Part shown: positions 8,229-16,365 of the stretch, piece after piece
How the letters are laid out: the number at the start of each line of letters is the position of its first letter
Position numbering within the stretch: position 1 is the first letter of the stretch
Origin: Caecitellus pseudoparvulus
Taxonomy: Eukaryota; Protista; Bigyra: Bicosoecida
Length of the DNA: 16,365 nt
Assembly (NCBI GenBank): GCA_965644315.1
Contig: CBFFRQ010000205.1
Span: 1-16,365, forward strand
Direction of reading: 5' to 3'
Program-made: the position numbers and the translations under genes
Notes under the pieces: model-generated
The model's database searches: none
What the model saw: the letters and a program-made list of their open reading frames with translations, nothing else
What the model was told of the DNA's origin: nothing

Positions 8229-9047
8229 CTATGCTGCCACGAAGGTTCGCAGCAGCAGCACGATATTGCGACCTTGCCGAGTGCTGGTGCCATGCCAGAC
8301 AGCATCCTTGGCCGGCTGCACAGCCACCTCGCCAGCAGCAAGGCGAGCTTGGAGGGGGGTGGCTCGATGGCCAGTGAGGCCCAGCAGCTCCACCAGCACA
8401 CTAACATGGCCTCGAAAGCAAGCATACCGGAAGCCAGCCTCAGGATCCCCCTCAAAGTCTGCGTGTACATCCACCTCACGATCGCCTGTCAGGGCCAGCA
8501 ACTCTCGAATGACGTCCACGTGACCAGCATCGCACGTCGCCTGAAACGCAGCCTCAGGGATGCCCCATGGCCCCCCATTCACGTCCACAGTACGATCACC
8601 GCCTAACGCAAGCAGCTCACGCACCACCTCCAAATGCCCGTTCTGGCACGCAAGCTGGAAGCTGTACTCAGGATCGCCCTCAGGCCCCGCGTGCACATCC
8701 ACCGTTCTTTCACCGCTCAGAGCCAGCAGCTCCCGAACCACTTCCACGTGGCCGTTGGCACAGGCTCGTTGGAAACCATACTCAGGAGAGTCCCAAAAGA
8801 CTGCATGCACATCCACAGCAAGCTCCCCCCCCAACGCCAGCAGCCTCTGCAGCAGCTCAACATGCCCAGTCTTGCATGCGACCACAAAGCCAGCCGTTGT
8901 CTCCTTGCTTGACAGTCCATCCACCCCCGCACCCACATCACCTCCACCACACCCCTCCAGCATGCTCAGCAGCATGCCTGCATCCTCCCCATCACATGCA
9001 GCCTTCCATCGACCCACCACTGACTCACTCTCGCTGCCATCAGCCAT
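8229..9047 (-). CDS. Ankyrin-like repeat protein, copy 6 (272 aa; 4 repeats)
   Basis: ORF 8229..9263; MADG start at 9047; repeats near-identical to copy 8. Confidence 0.85.
   Translation of the reverse strand: MADGSESESVVGRWKAACDGEDAGMLLSMLEGCGGGDVGAGVDGLSSKETTAGFVVACKTGHVELLQRLLALGGELAVDVHAVFWDSPEYGFQRACANGHVEVVRELLALSGERTVDVHAGPEGDPEYSFQLACQNGHLEVVRELLALGGDRTVDVNGGPWGIPEAAFQATCDAGHVDVIRELLALTGDREVDVHADFEGDPEAGFRYACFRGHVSVLVELLGLTGHRATPLQARLAAGEVAVQPAKDAVWHGTSTRQGRNIVLLLRTFVAA
8275..8785. repeat. Duplicate of ~11011-11521 (offset 2736)
   Basis: Repeat regions of copies 6 and 8 are near-identical; boundaries approximate. Confidence 0.8.
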
Positions 9048-9437
9048 GGCGTGGTGGGTCCAGTTTCCGCACTTGATTCCCACGCAAGCCACCTCGCCGG
9101 CACAGCGGCAAAGGAGGCCCAGCGCAGTATCATCAAACCGCCTGTATTCCGCAATCCAGTACGTGCTGAAGCCAAGTGTTGCTTTTGACACGCTCATGAC
9201 AATGATGCCCCATCTGCCCAGGCTACAGTGCTGGCGCTCAGACCTTAGCTCCCACCTCCACAAGGATCAGGTGCATTCCCTGCCTCACACACGCTGGTCA
9301 TCCCAAAGTTCGTCCATGATAGGGACGGCTTGCACAGTGCGCCATGCGGCCCACACCAGCCTCGCCCCTCATTCAGAGCGTGGAGCCTTCCCTGCAGTAG
9401 ACACGAATGATGCGCCAACCTGCTACCTCGGCCGAAT

Positions 9438-10574
9438 CTAGGCTGCCAACGACGCCCGCAGCATGAGCATTGTCTGGCGACCCTGTCGAGTGCACGTGCC
9501 ATGCCAGGCGGCGTCTTTGGCAGCCTGCACAGCCACCTCTCCAGCCTGAAGCCGCGCTTGGAGGGGGATGGCCCGATGCCCAGTGAGGCCAAGCAGCTCT
9601 CGGGCTATATCATAATGCCCATTCTGGCAGGCAAGCTGAAAGCCAGCCTCTGGTTTGCCCTCTGGCCCAGCATGCACATCCACCTCACGGTGCCCGCTCA
9701 ATGCCAGCAGCTCACGCACCACCTCCGCATGGCCATTGTAACACGCAAATCGGAAGCCCCACTCCTGGTGAACGTGCACATCCACTTCACGGTGTCCGCT
9801 CAGCGTCAACAGCTCACGCACCATATCCACATGGCCATTTCGGCAGGCAAGCCGGAAGCCGAACTCAGGCATGCCGTTGGGCCCGACATGTACGTCCACC
9901 TCGCGATGCCCGGTCAAAGCCAGCAGCTCGCGCACAACATCAATGTGGCCACTCTGACAGGCAGACCAGAAGCCACACTCCCTATCAACGTGGACATCCA
10001 CCTCACGATGCCCAGTCAAGGCCAGCAGCTCGCGCACCACAGCCACATGACCATTTGCACAGGCACGCCACAAGCCAGCCTCAGGCTTGCCTCCAGGCCC
10101 GGCATGCACGTCCACCTCACGATGCCCCGTCAAAGCCAGCAGCTCGCGCACCACATCAATGTGTCCATTCTCACAGGCAAGTCGAAAACCAGCCTCAGGC
10201 CTGCTCGTGTACGAAGCGTGCACATCGACCTCGCGATGACCGGTCAAAGCCAACAGCTCCCGAACAACACCTAAATGCCCATTTCGACATGCAGTGCGGA
10301 AGCCATACTCAGGCCCACTCCGGTCCTCTACATGCACATCTACAGCAAGACCCCCCTCCAGTGCCAGCAGCCCACGTAGCAGCTCAACATGCCCTGTCTT
10401 GCAAGCAACAACGAAGCCAGCCGTTGTCTCATCGCTTGTCAATCCTCCCAGATCCACACCCACATCACCTCCAATGCACCCCTCCAGCATGCTCAGCAGC
10501 ACGCCTGCATCCTCGCCATCACATGCAGCCTTCCATTGACCCACCACCGACTCCCCATTGCTGCCATCAGCCAT
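9438..10574 (-). CDS. Ankyrin-like repeat protein, copy 7 (378 aa; 7 repeats)
   Basis: ORF 9438..10790; MADG start at 10574. Confidence 0.85.
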   Translation of the reverse strand: MADGSNGESVVGQWKAACDGEDAGVLLSMLEGCIGGDVGVDLGGLTSDETTAGFVVACKTGHVELLRGLLALEGGLAVDVHVEDRSGPEYGFRTACRNGHLGVVRELLALTGHREVDVHASYTSRPEAGFRLACENGHIDVVRELLALTGHREVDVHAGPGGKPEAGLWRACANGHVAVVRELLALTGHREVDVHVDRECGFWSACQSGHIDVVRELLALTGHREVDVHVGPNGMPEFGFRLACRNGHVDMVRELLTLSGHREVDVHVHQEWGFRFACYNGHAEVVRELLALSGHREVDVHAGPEGKPEAGFQLACQNGHYDIARELLGLTGHRAIPLQARLQAGEVAVQAAKDAAWHGTCTRQGRQTMLMLRASLAA

Positions 10575-10964
10575 GGCGTGGTGGATGCAGTTTCCGCACT
10601 TGATTCCCACGCAAACCAACTCGCCGGCACAGCGGCAAAGGAGGCTCAGCGCAGTATCTGCATAGCTCCTGCACTCAAGTGTCCGTTGCGTGCTGAAGCA
10701 AGGTGTTGCTTTTGGCACCCTCATGACTCTGATGCCCCATCTGCCCAGGCTGCAGTGCTGGCGCTCAGGCCCCAGCTCCCAACTCCACAAGGCTCACGCG
10801 CATTTCCTGCCTCACGCACGCAGGCCATCCCCTCGCCTGACCATGATGGTGCCACCTTGTGAAGGTCAGCATGCGGCCCACACCAGCCTCGCCCCTCATT
10901 CAGAGCGTGGAGCCTTCCCTGCTGGAGACACGAATGATGCGCCGACCTGCTACCTCGGCCGTAT

Positions 10965-11783
10965 CTAGGCTGCCAACGACGCCCGCAGCATGAGCATTGT
11001 CTGGCGACCCTGCCGAGTGCTGGTGCCGTGCCACACAGCATCCTTGGCCGGCTGCACAGCCACAAGGCCAGCATCAAGGCGGGCCTGCAGCGGGATGGTT
11101 CGATGCCCAGTGAGGCCCAGCAGCTCCACCAGCACACTAACATGGCCTCGAAAGCAAGCATACCGGAAGCCAGCCTCAGGATCCCCCTCAAAGTCTGCGT
11201 GCACATCCACCTCACGATCGCCTGTCAGGGCCAGCAACTCTCGAATGACGTCCACGTGACCAGAATCGCACGTCGCCTGAAACGCAGCCTCAGGGATGCC
11301 CCACGGCCCCCCATTCACGTCCACAGTACGATCACCGCCCAAAGCAAGCAGCTCACGCACCACCTCCAAATGCCCGTTCTGGCACGCAAGCTGGAAGCTG
11401 TACTCAGGATCGCCCTCAGGCCCCGCGTGCACATCTACCGTTCTTTCACCGCTCAGAGCCAGCAACTCCCGAACCACTTCCACGTGGCCGTTCGCACAGG
11501 CTCGTTGGAAACCATACTCAGCAATTCCCCGAAATGTCACATGCACATCCACAGCAAGACCCCCTTCCAGTGCCAACAGCCCACGTAGCAGCCCAACATG
11601 CCCCATCTTGCAAGCCACCACAAAGCCAGCCGTTGTCTCATCGCTTGTCAATCCATCCACCTCCGCACCCACATCACCTCCACCACACCCCTCCAGCATG
11701 CTCATCAGCACGCCTGCATCCTCGCCATCACATGCAGCCTTCCATCGACCCACCACCGACTCCCCATTGCTGCCATCAGCCAT
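10965..11783 (-). CDS. Ankyrin-like repeat protein, copy 8 (272 aa; 4 repeats)
   Basis: ORF 10965..11999; MADG start at 11783. Confidence 0.85.
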   Translation of the reverse strand: MADGSNGESVVGRWKAACDGEDAGVLMSMLEGCGGGDVGAEVDGLTSDETTAGFVVACKMGHVGLLRGLLALEGGLAVDVHVTFRGIAEYGFQRACANGHVEVVRELLALSGERTVDVHAGPEGDPEYSFQLACQNGHLEVVRELLALGGDRTVDVNGGPWGIPEAAFQATCDSGHVDVIRELLALTGDREVDVHADFEGDPEAGFRYACFRGHVSVLVELLGLTGHRTIPLQARLDAGLVAVQPAKDAVWHGTSTRQGRQTMLMLRASLAA

Positions 11784-12146
11784 GGCGTGGTGGATGCAGT
11801 TTCCGCACTTGATTCCCACGCAAACCAACTCGCCTGCACAGCGGCAAAGGAGGCTCAGCGCAGTATCTGCATAGCTCCTGCACTCAAGTGTCCGTTGCGT
11901 GCTGAAGCAAGGTGTTGCTTTTGACACCCTCATGACTCTGATGCCCCATCTGCCCAGGCTGCAGTGCTGGCGCTCAGGCCCCAGCTCCCAACTCCACAAG
12001 TCTCAGCTGCATTCCCTGCCTCACACACGCTGGCCACCTCCGAGCTTGGCCGTGATGGTTGTGACATGTGCAGGGCAGCATGCGGCCCACACAAGGTCCG
12101 CTTCTTACTCTGTGCCTGGAGCCTCCACACCTGAGGCCACCAGCGG

Positions 12147-12977
12147 TTAGCTGGTCTGTGGCCACAGCCGTGTCTGTGCTGCTCGGGAAGCCCGCAGCAG
12201 CAGCATGGCCTGGCGACCCTGCCCAGTGCACGTGCCATACCAAATGGCATCCTTGACCGCTTGCACGACTTGGGAAGCGTGCCTAAACTGCGGTGGGATG
12301 GCTCGATGCCCAGTAAGAGCCAGCAGCTCACGCACAACATCAACATGCCCATTCGCACAGGCAAGGCGGAAGCCAGCCTCAGGCTTTCCGCCCCAGCCAG
12401 CATGCACGTCCACTTCTCGATGCCCTTCCAGCGCCAACAGCTCACGCACAACAGCCAAGTGTCCGTTCTCACAGGCAACCCTGAAGGCAGCCTCAGGATT
12501 GCCCTTGAATGCGGCGTGGACATCCACCTCACGATGCCCACTCAAAGACAGCAGCTCTTCGACTACATCTAAGTGCCCGTAGCGACAGGCAGCTCGGAAG
12601 CCAAGCTCAGGATTCCACTCAGGCTCAACATGCACGTCCACCTCACGAGCACCGCTCAGTAACATTAGCTCATGAACCACCTCGGCGTGCCCATAGCGAC
12701 AGGCAAGCAAAAACCCATACTCAGCTGTCCCCCGAAATGCTACATGGACGTCCACCTGACGATGGTCGCTAAAAATCAGCAGCCTCTGCAGCAGCCCAAC
12801 ATGCCCTGTCTTGCATGCGACCACAAAGCCAGCCGTTGTCTCATCGCTTGACAATCCTTCCAGACCCAGACCACCACCACAGCCCTCCAGCATGCTCAGC
12901 AGCACATCTGCCTGCTCCCCATCACATGCAGCCTTCCATCGACCCACCACTGACTCACTCTCGCTGCCATCAGCCAT
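12147..12977 (-). CDS. Ankyrin-like repeat protein, copy 9 (276 aa; 4 repeats)
   Basis: ORF 12147..13193; MADG start at 12977. Confidence 0.85.
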   Translation of the reverse strand: MADGSESESVVGRWKAACDGEQADVLLSMLEGCGGGLGLEGLSSDETTAGFVVACKTGHVGLLQRLLIFSDHRQVDVHVAFRGTAEYGFLLACRYGHAEVVHELMLLSGAREVDVHVEPEWNPELGFRAACRYGHLDVVEELLSLSGHREVDVHAAFKGNPEAAFRVACENGHLAVVRELLALEGHREVDVHAGWGGKPEAGFRLACANGHVDVVRELLALTGHRAIPPQFRHASQVVQAVKDAIWYGTCTGQGRQAMLLLRASRAAQTRLWPQTS

Positions 12978-13286
12978 GGCGTGGTGGGTGCAGTTTCCGC
13001 ACTTGATTCCCACGCAAACTACCTCGCCGGCACAGCGGCAAAGGAGGCCCAGCGCAGTATCATCAAACCGCCTGTATTCCGCAATCCAGTACGTGCTGAA
13101 GCCAAGTGTTGCTTTTGACACGCTCATGACAATGATGCCCCATCTGCCCAGGCTACAGTGCTGGCGCCCAGGCCCCAGCTCCCACCTCCACAAAGCCCAG
13201 GTGCATTCCCTGGCTCACACACGCTGGCCATCCCCAAGCCTGGCAAAGGCCGTGGCAACTTGCGTGGTGCAGTGTGGAGCCCACAC

Positions 13287-15092
13287 CTACACCGCCTCTC
13301 GGTCAGAGCGTGCAGCCTTCCCTGCTGGAGACACCAACACTGAGCCGGACTGTGGCCGTGGACGCTTCCCTGCTCTCTTTGCGCTTCGCAGCAGCACCAC
13401 AGCCATACGCCCCCGTCGATTGTTGGTGCCGGCCCACACAGCATCCTTACCCGGCTGGACAGCTGCCTCTCCAGCCTGAAGGCGTGCTTCAAGGGGGATA
13501 GCTCGATGGCCGGTGAGGCTCAACAGCTCACGCACCACATCGGCATTTCCGTGTTCGCAAGCTCGAAAGAAGCCAGACTCAGCCCCATACAGGTCCCCCG
13601 CATGCACATCCACCTCACGGCGCCCATCCAACGCCAGCAGCTCCCGCACCACGTCTAGATGTCCGTTCCCACAGGCCAACCGAAAGCCACCCTCAGGCCC
13701 GCCCTCAGCCCCAGCATGCACATCCACCTCACGGCGCCCGCTCAACGCCAGCAGCTCCCGCACCACGTCTAGATGTCCGTTCCCACAGGCGAGCTGGAAG
13801 CCGGCCTCAGGCCCGCCCTCAGCTCCAGCATGGACATCCACCTCGCGGTCACCCGTCAGAGCCAGTAGCTCACGCACAACCTCAAGGTGCCCAGTCGCAC
13901 AAGCAGCCTGGAGGCAAGCCTCCTGGCGAGCGTGCACGTCAACGGCACGATGTCCGCTCAGCGCCAGTAGCTCACGCACCACATCGACATGTCCATTCTC
14001 ACAGGCAAGCCAGAAGCCATAATCAGCTCCTTCCTCAGGCCCAGCATGCACATTCACCTTGCGATGCCCACTCAACGACAGCAACTCGCGCACTACATCC
14101 AAGTGACCATTCTCACAGGCAAGCCAGAAGCCGGCCTCAGGCACGCCCCCAGCTCCAGCATGCACATCCACCTCACGATGCCCGGTCAAAGTCAGCAGCT
14201 CACGCACCACCTCCACGTGTCCGTTCTTACAGGCAAGCCCGAAACCTTGCTCAGGCTCGCCCTCACGCCCAGCATGCACATCCACCTCGCGATGCCCGGT
14301 CAAAGCCAGCAGCTCACGCACAACATCAATGTGACCTTTCGCACAGGCCATTCGGAAGCCACCTTCAGGAACACCCTGAGAACCAGCATGCACATCCACC
14401 GCACGGTCACCCGTCAACGCCAGCAGCTCGCGCACCACATCCAACTTACCATGCATGCAGGCAAGCCGGAAGCAATACTCAGGCTGCCCCTCAGGCCCAG
14501 CATGTACGTCCACTTCCCGAGCACCACTCAGTGCCAGCAGCTCTCTCACTACATCGGTGTGCCCCATCGTACAAGCGATTCGAAGGCCATGCTCAGGGAT
14601 ACCCTCAGACCCAGCATGAACATTCACTTGTCGATGCCCTCTCAGCGCCAACAGCTCGCGCACCACATCCACATGCCCGTTCTGACAAGCGAACCTGAAG
14701 GCATACTCAGAATCGCCCTCACGCCCTGCATGCCCAGCATGCACGTCTATTTCACGAGGCCCGGCTAGAGCCAGGAGCTCGCGAACCACTTTCACGTGTC
14801 CATTCATGCAGGCAAGTTGAAAGCAATAATCAGGCCTGCCCTCGGGCCCAGCGTGCACATCCACCGCGTGATCTCCAGTCAGAGCCAACAGCCCGCGCAG
14901 CAAATCGACGTGCCCGGTCTTGCAAGCCACCACGAAGCCACCAGTTGCGTCGTAACTTGACAAACCTCCCAGCTCCGGCCCAACACCACCATAACACTCC
15001 TGTAGCATGCTCATCAGTACGTCTGCCTGCTCACTGTCACATGCAGCCCTCCATCGACCCATCACTGACTCCCTGTCGCTGCCATCAGCCAT
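13287..15092 (-). CDS. Ankyrin-like repeat protein, copy 10 (601 aa; 12 repeats; basic C-tail)
   Basis: ORF 13287..15242; MADG start at 15092; includes one 41-aa and one 34-aa repeat. Confidence 0.85.
   Translation of the reverse strand: MADGSDRESVMGRWRAACDSEQADVLMSMLQECYGGVGPELGGLSSYDATGGFVVACKTGHVDLLRGLLALTGDHAVDVHAGPEGRPDYCFQLACMNGHVKVVRELLALAGPREIDVHAGHAGREGDSEYAFRFACQNGHVDVVRELLALRGHRQVNVHAGSEGIPEHGLRIACTMGHTDVVRELLALSGAREVDVHAGPEGQPEYCFRLACMHGKLDVVRELLALTGDRAVDVHAGSQGVPEGGFRMACAKGHIDVVRELLALTGHREVDVHAGREGEPEQGFGLACKNGHVEVVRELLTLTGHREVDVHAGAGGVPEAGFWLACENGHLDVVRELLSLSGHRKVNVHAGPEEGADYGFWLACENGHVDVVRELLALSGHRAVDVHARQEACLQAACATGHLEVVRELLALTGDREVDVHAGAEGGPEAGFQLACGNGHLDVVRELLALSGRREVDVHAGAEGGPEGGFRLACGNGHLDVVRELLALDGRREVDVHAGDLYGAESGFFRACEHGNADVVRELLSLTGHRAIPLEARLQAGEAAVQPGKDAVWAGTNNRRGRMAVVLLRSAKRAGKRPRPQSGSVLVSPAGKAARSDREAV
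13601..13828. repeat. Recent 2 x 114-nt tandem duplication inside copy 10
   Basis: 13601-13714 and 13715-13828 share private synonymous features such as ACGTCTAGATGTCCGTTCCCACAGGC. Confidence 0.85.
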
Positions 15093-15413
15093 GGCGTGGT
15101 GGAACCAGATTCCGCACTTGCCACCCTCGCAAGCCACCTCGCCTGCGCAGCAGCAAAAGAGACTCAGCGCAGTATCATCAGACCGCCTGTATTCCACCAT
15201 CCAATACGTTCTGAAGCCGGGTGTTGCTTTTGACACGCTCATGACTCTGATGCCCCATCTGCCCAGGCTGCAGTGCTGGCGCTCAGGCCCCAGCTCCCAA
15301 CTCCATGAGGCTCACGTGCATTCCCTGACTCACGCATGCTGGCCACATCCGAGCCTGGCCATGGCCGTGGCGACTTGCGTGGTGCGGCATGAAGTACGAA
15401 CCTGCTCCGCCCC

Positions 15414-16365
15414 TCACTCAGAGCGTGGAGCCTTCCCTGCAACAGACACGAATGATGCGCCGGTCTGTTGCCAAAGAAGTTTCTGGGCTGCTCGGGAAGC
15501 CCGCAGCAGCAGCATGGGACCTCGCCCTTGCCGAGTGCTGGTGCCGTGCCAGACAGCATCCTTGGCCGGCTGCACTGCGACAAGCCCAGCATCAAGGCGT
15601 GATTGCAGCGGGATGGCTCGATGCCCAGTGAGGCCCAGTAGCTCCACCAACACACTAGCATGGTCATTCTTGCAGGCGTACCGAAAACTGGCCTCGGGAT
15701 CGCCACAACATGCCGCATGCACATCGAGCTCGCGATGTCCGGTCAACGCCAATAGCTCACGCACGACATCGGTGTGCCCCCTGCGACAGGCGCGCCAGAG
15801 AGCAGACTGAGGCCTGTCCTCAGGCCCAGCATGCACGTCAACCTCACGATGTCCGCTCAACGCAAGGAGCTCTCGAACCACCTCCACATGCCCGTTCGCA
15901 CAGGCATACTCGAAGCCAGACTGAGGCCCTGCTCGACCCCTCGAATGCACATCCACCTCGCGATGCCCCGTCAGTGCCAGCAGCTCGCGTACCACAGCCA
16001 CATGACCATTACGACAGGCATATCGGAAGCCAGCCTCTGGCTTACCACCCCATCTAGCATGCACGTCCACCTCACGATGCCCCGTCAGCGACAGCAGCTC
16101 GCGCACAACAGCCAAGTGTCCATGCTCGCAGGCAACTCTGAAGCCAGGCTCAGGATCGCGCCTGTGCCTTGCATGCACGTCCACCTCGCGATGCCCGGTA
16201 AGAGCCAGCAACTCACGAACCACTTCCACGTGGCCGTTCTGGCATGCAAGCCAGAAGCCATACTCAGGCCCACTCCGGTCCTCTACATGCACATCTACAG
16301 CAAGACCCCCCTCCAGCGCCAACAGCCCACGCAGCAGCCCAACATGCCCCGTCTTGCAAGCCACC
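15414..16365 (-). CDS. Ankyrin-like repeat protein, copy 11 (5'-partial; 6 repeats)
   Basis: ORF runs off the right edge within the N-cap (VACKTGH); the track's first M is an artefact of the window edge. Confidence 0.85.
   Translation of the reverse strand, partial: VACKTGHVGLLRGLLALEGGLAVDVHVEDRSGPEYGFWLACQNGHVEVVRELLALTGHREVDVHARHRRDPEPGFRVACEHGHLAVVRELLSLTGHREVDVHARWGGKPEAGFRYACRNGHVAVVRELLALTGHREVDVHSRGRAGPQSGFEYACANGHVEVVRELLALSGHREVDVHAGPEDRPQSALWRACRRGHTDVVRELLALTGHRELDVHAACCGDPEASFRYACKNDHASVLVELLGLTGHRAIPLQSRLDAGLVAVQPAKDAVWHGTSTRQGRGPMLLLRASRAAQKLLWQQTGASFVSVAGKAPRSE

Larger units (their letters stand above)
290..16365 (-). repeat. Tandem gene array with nested periodicities: 114-nt coding repeat inside ~1.2-2.1 kb gene units
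   Basis: Recurring + strand motifs (e.g. CAGCAGCTCACGCACCAC, CATGCACATCCACCTCACGATGCCC) every 114 nt; homologous intergenic blocks between genes. Confidence 0.95.

Noticed and set aside
3299-13193. Near-identical copies being a pure assembly duplication artefact
   Set aside because: Pairs 3/9, 4/7 and 6/8 carry multiple frame-preserving differences and different neighbours. Merged haplotypes cannot be fully excluded without long reads.
233-15810. Many long plus-strand and alternate-frame ORFs (e.g. 233..1234, 4583..5521, 8560..9441, 15007..15810)
   Set aside because: They are antisense or frame shadows of the GC-rich repetitive ankyrin genes; starts and stops are inconsistent between paralogues and no independent domain is recognisable.
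290-16365. Diversity-generating retroelement
   Set aside because: No reverse transcriptase in the window, and the paralogue differences examined (T/C, G/A, C/G, C/A) are not adenine-specific.
290-16365. CRISPR array or TALE/PPR repeats suggested by the constant-plus-variable periodicity
   Set aside because: The period is an in-frame 114-nt coding unit with ankyrin motifs; there are no cas genes and no TALE LTPxQVVAIAS or PPR consensus.

Overview
GC-rich, most likely eukaryotic DNA (Kozak-like starts, intron-like signals in one spacer, no operon or Shine-Dalgarno pattern seen). Almost the whole window is a head-to-tail array of 11 intronless minus-strand paralogues, called copies 1-11 from left to right; copy 11 is cut by the right edge. 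Each encodes an ankyrin-like repeat protein with a conserved ~80-aa N-cap, 3-12 repeats of 38 aa/114 nt (consensus xxxxxPExGFxxACxNGHxDVVRELLALTGHREVDVHA; 68 repeats counted by eye) and a conserved ~45-aa C-terminal module. The repeat scaffold is nearly invariant, while the loop and first-helix positions are hypervariable and are exchanged between copies. The array therefore resembles a natural DARPin-like binder library diversified by unequal crossover and gene conversion. True starts are probably the invariant CCACCACGCC-ATG rather than the longer ORF-track starts. The organism and the function cannot be determined from the sequence alone.
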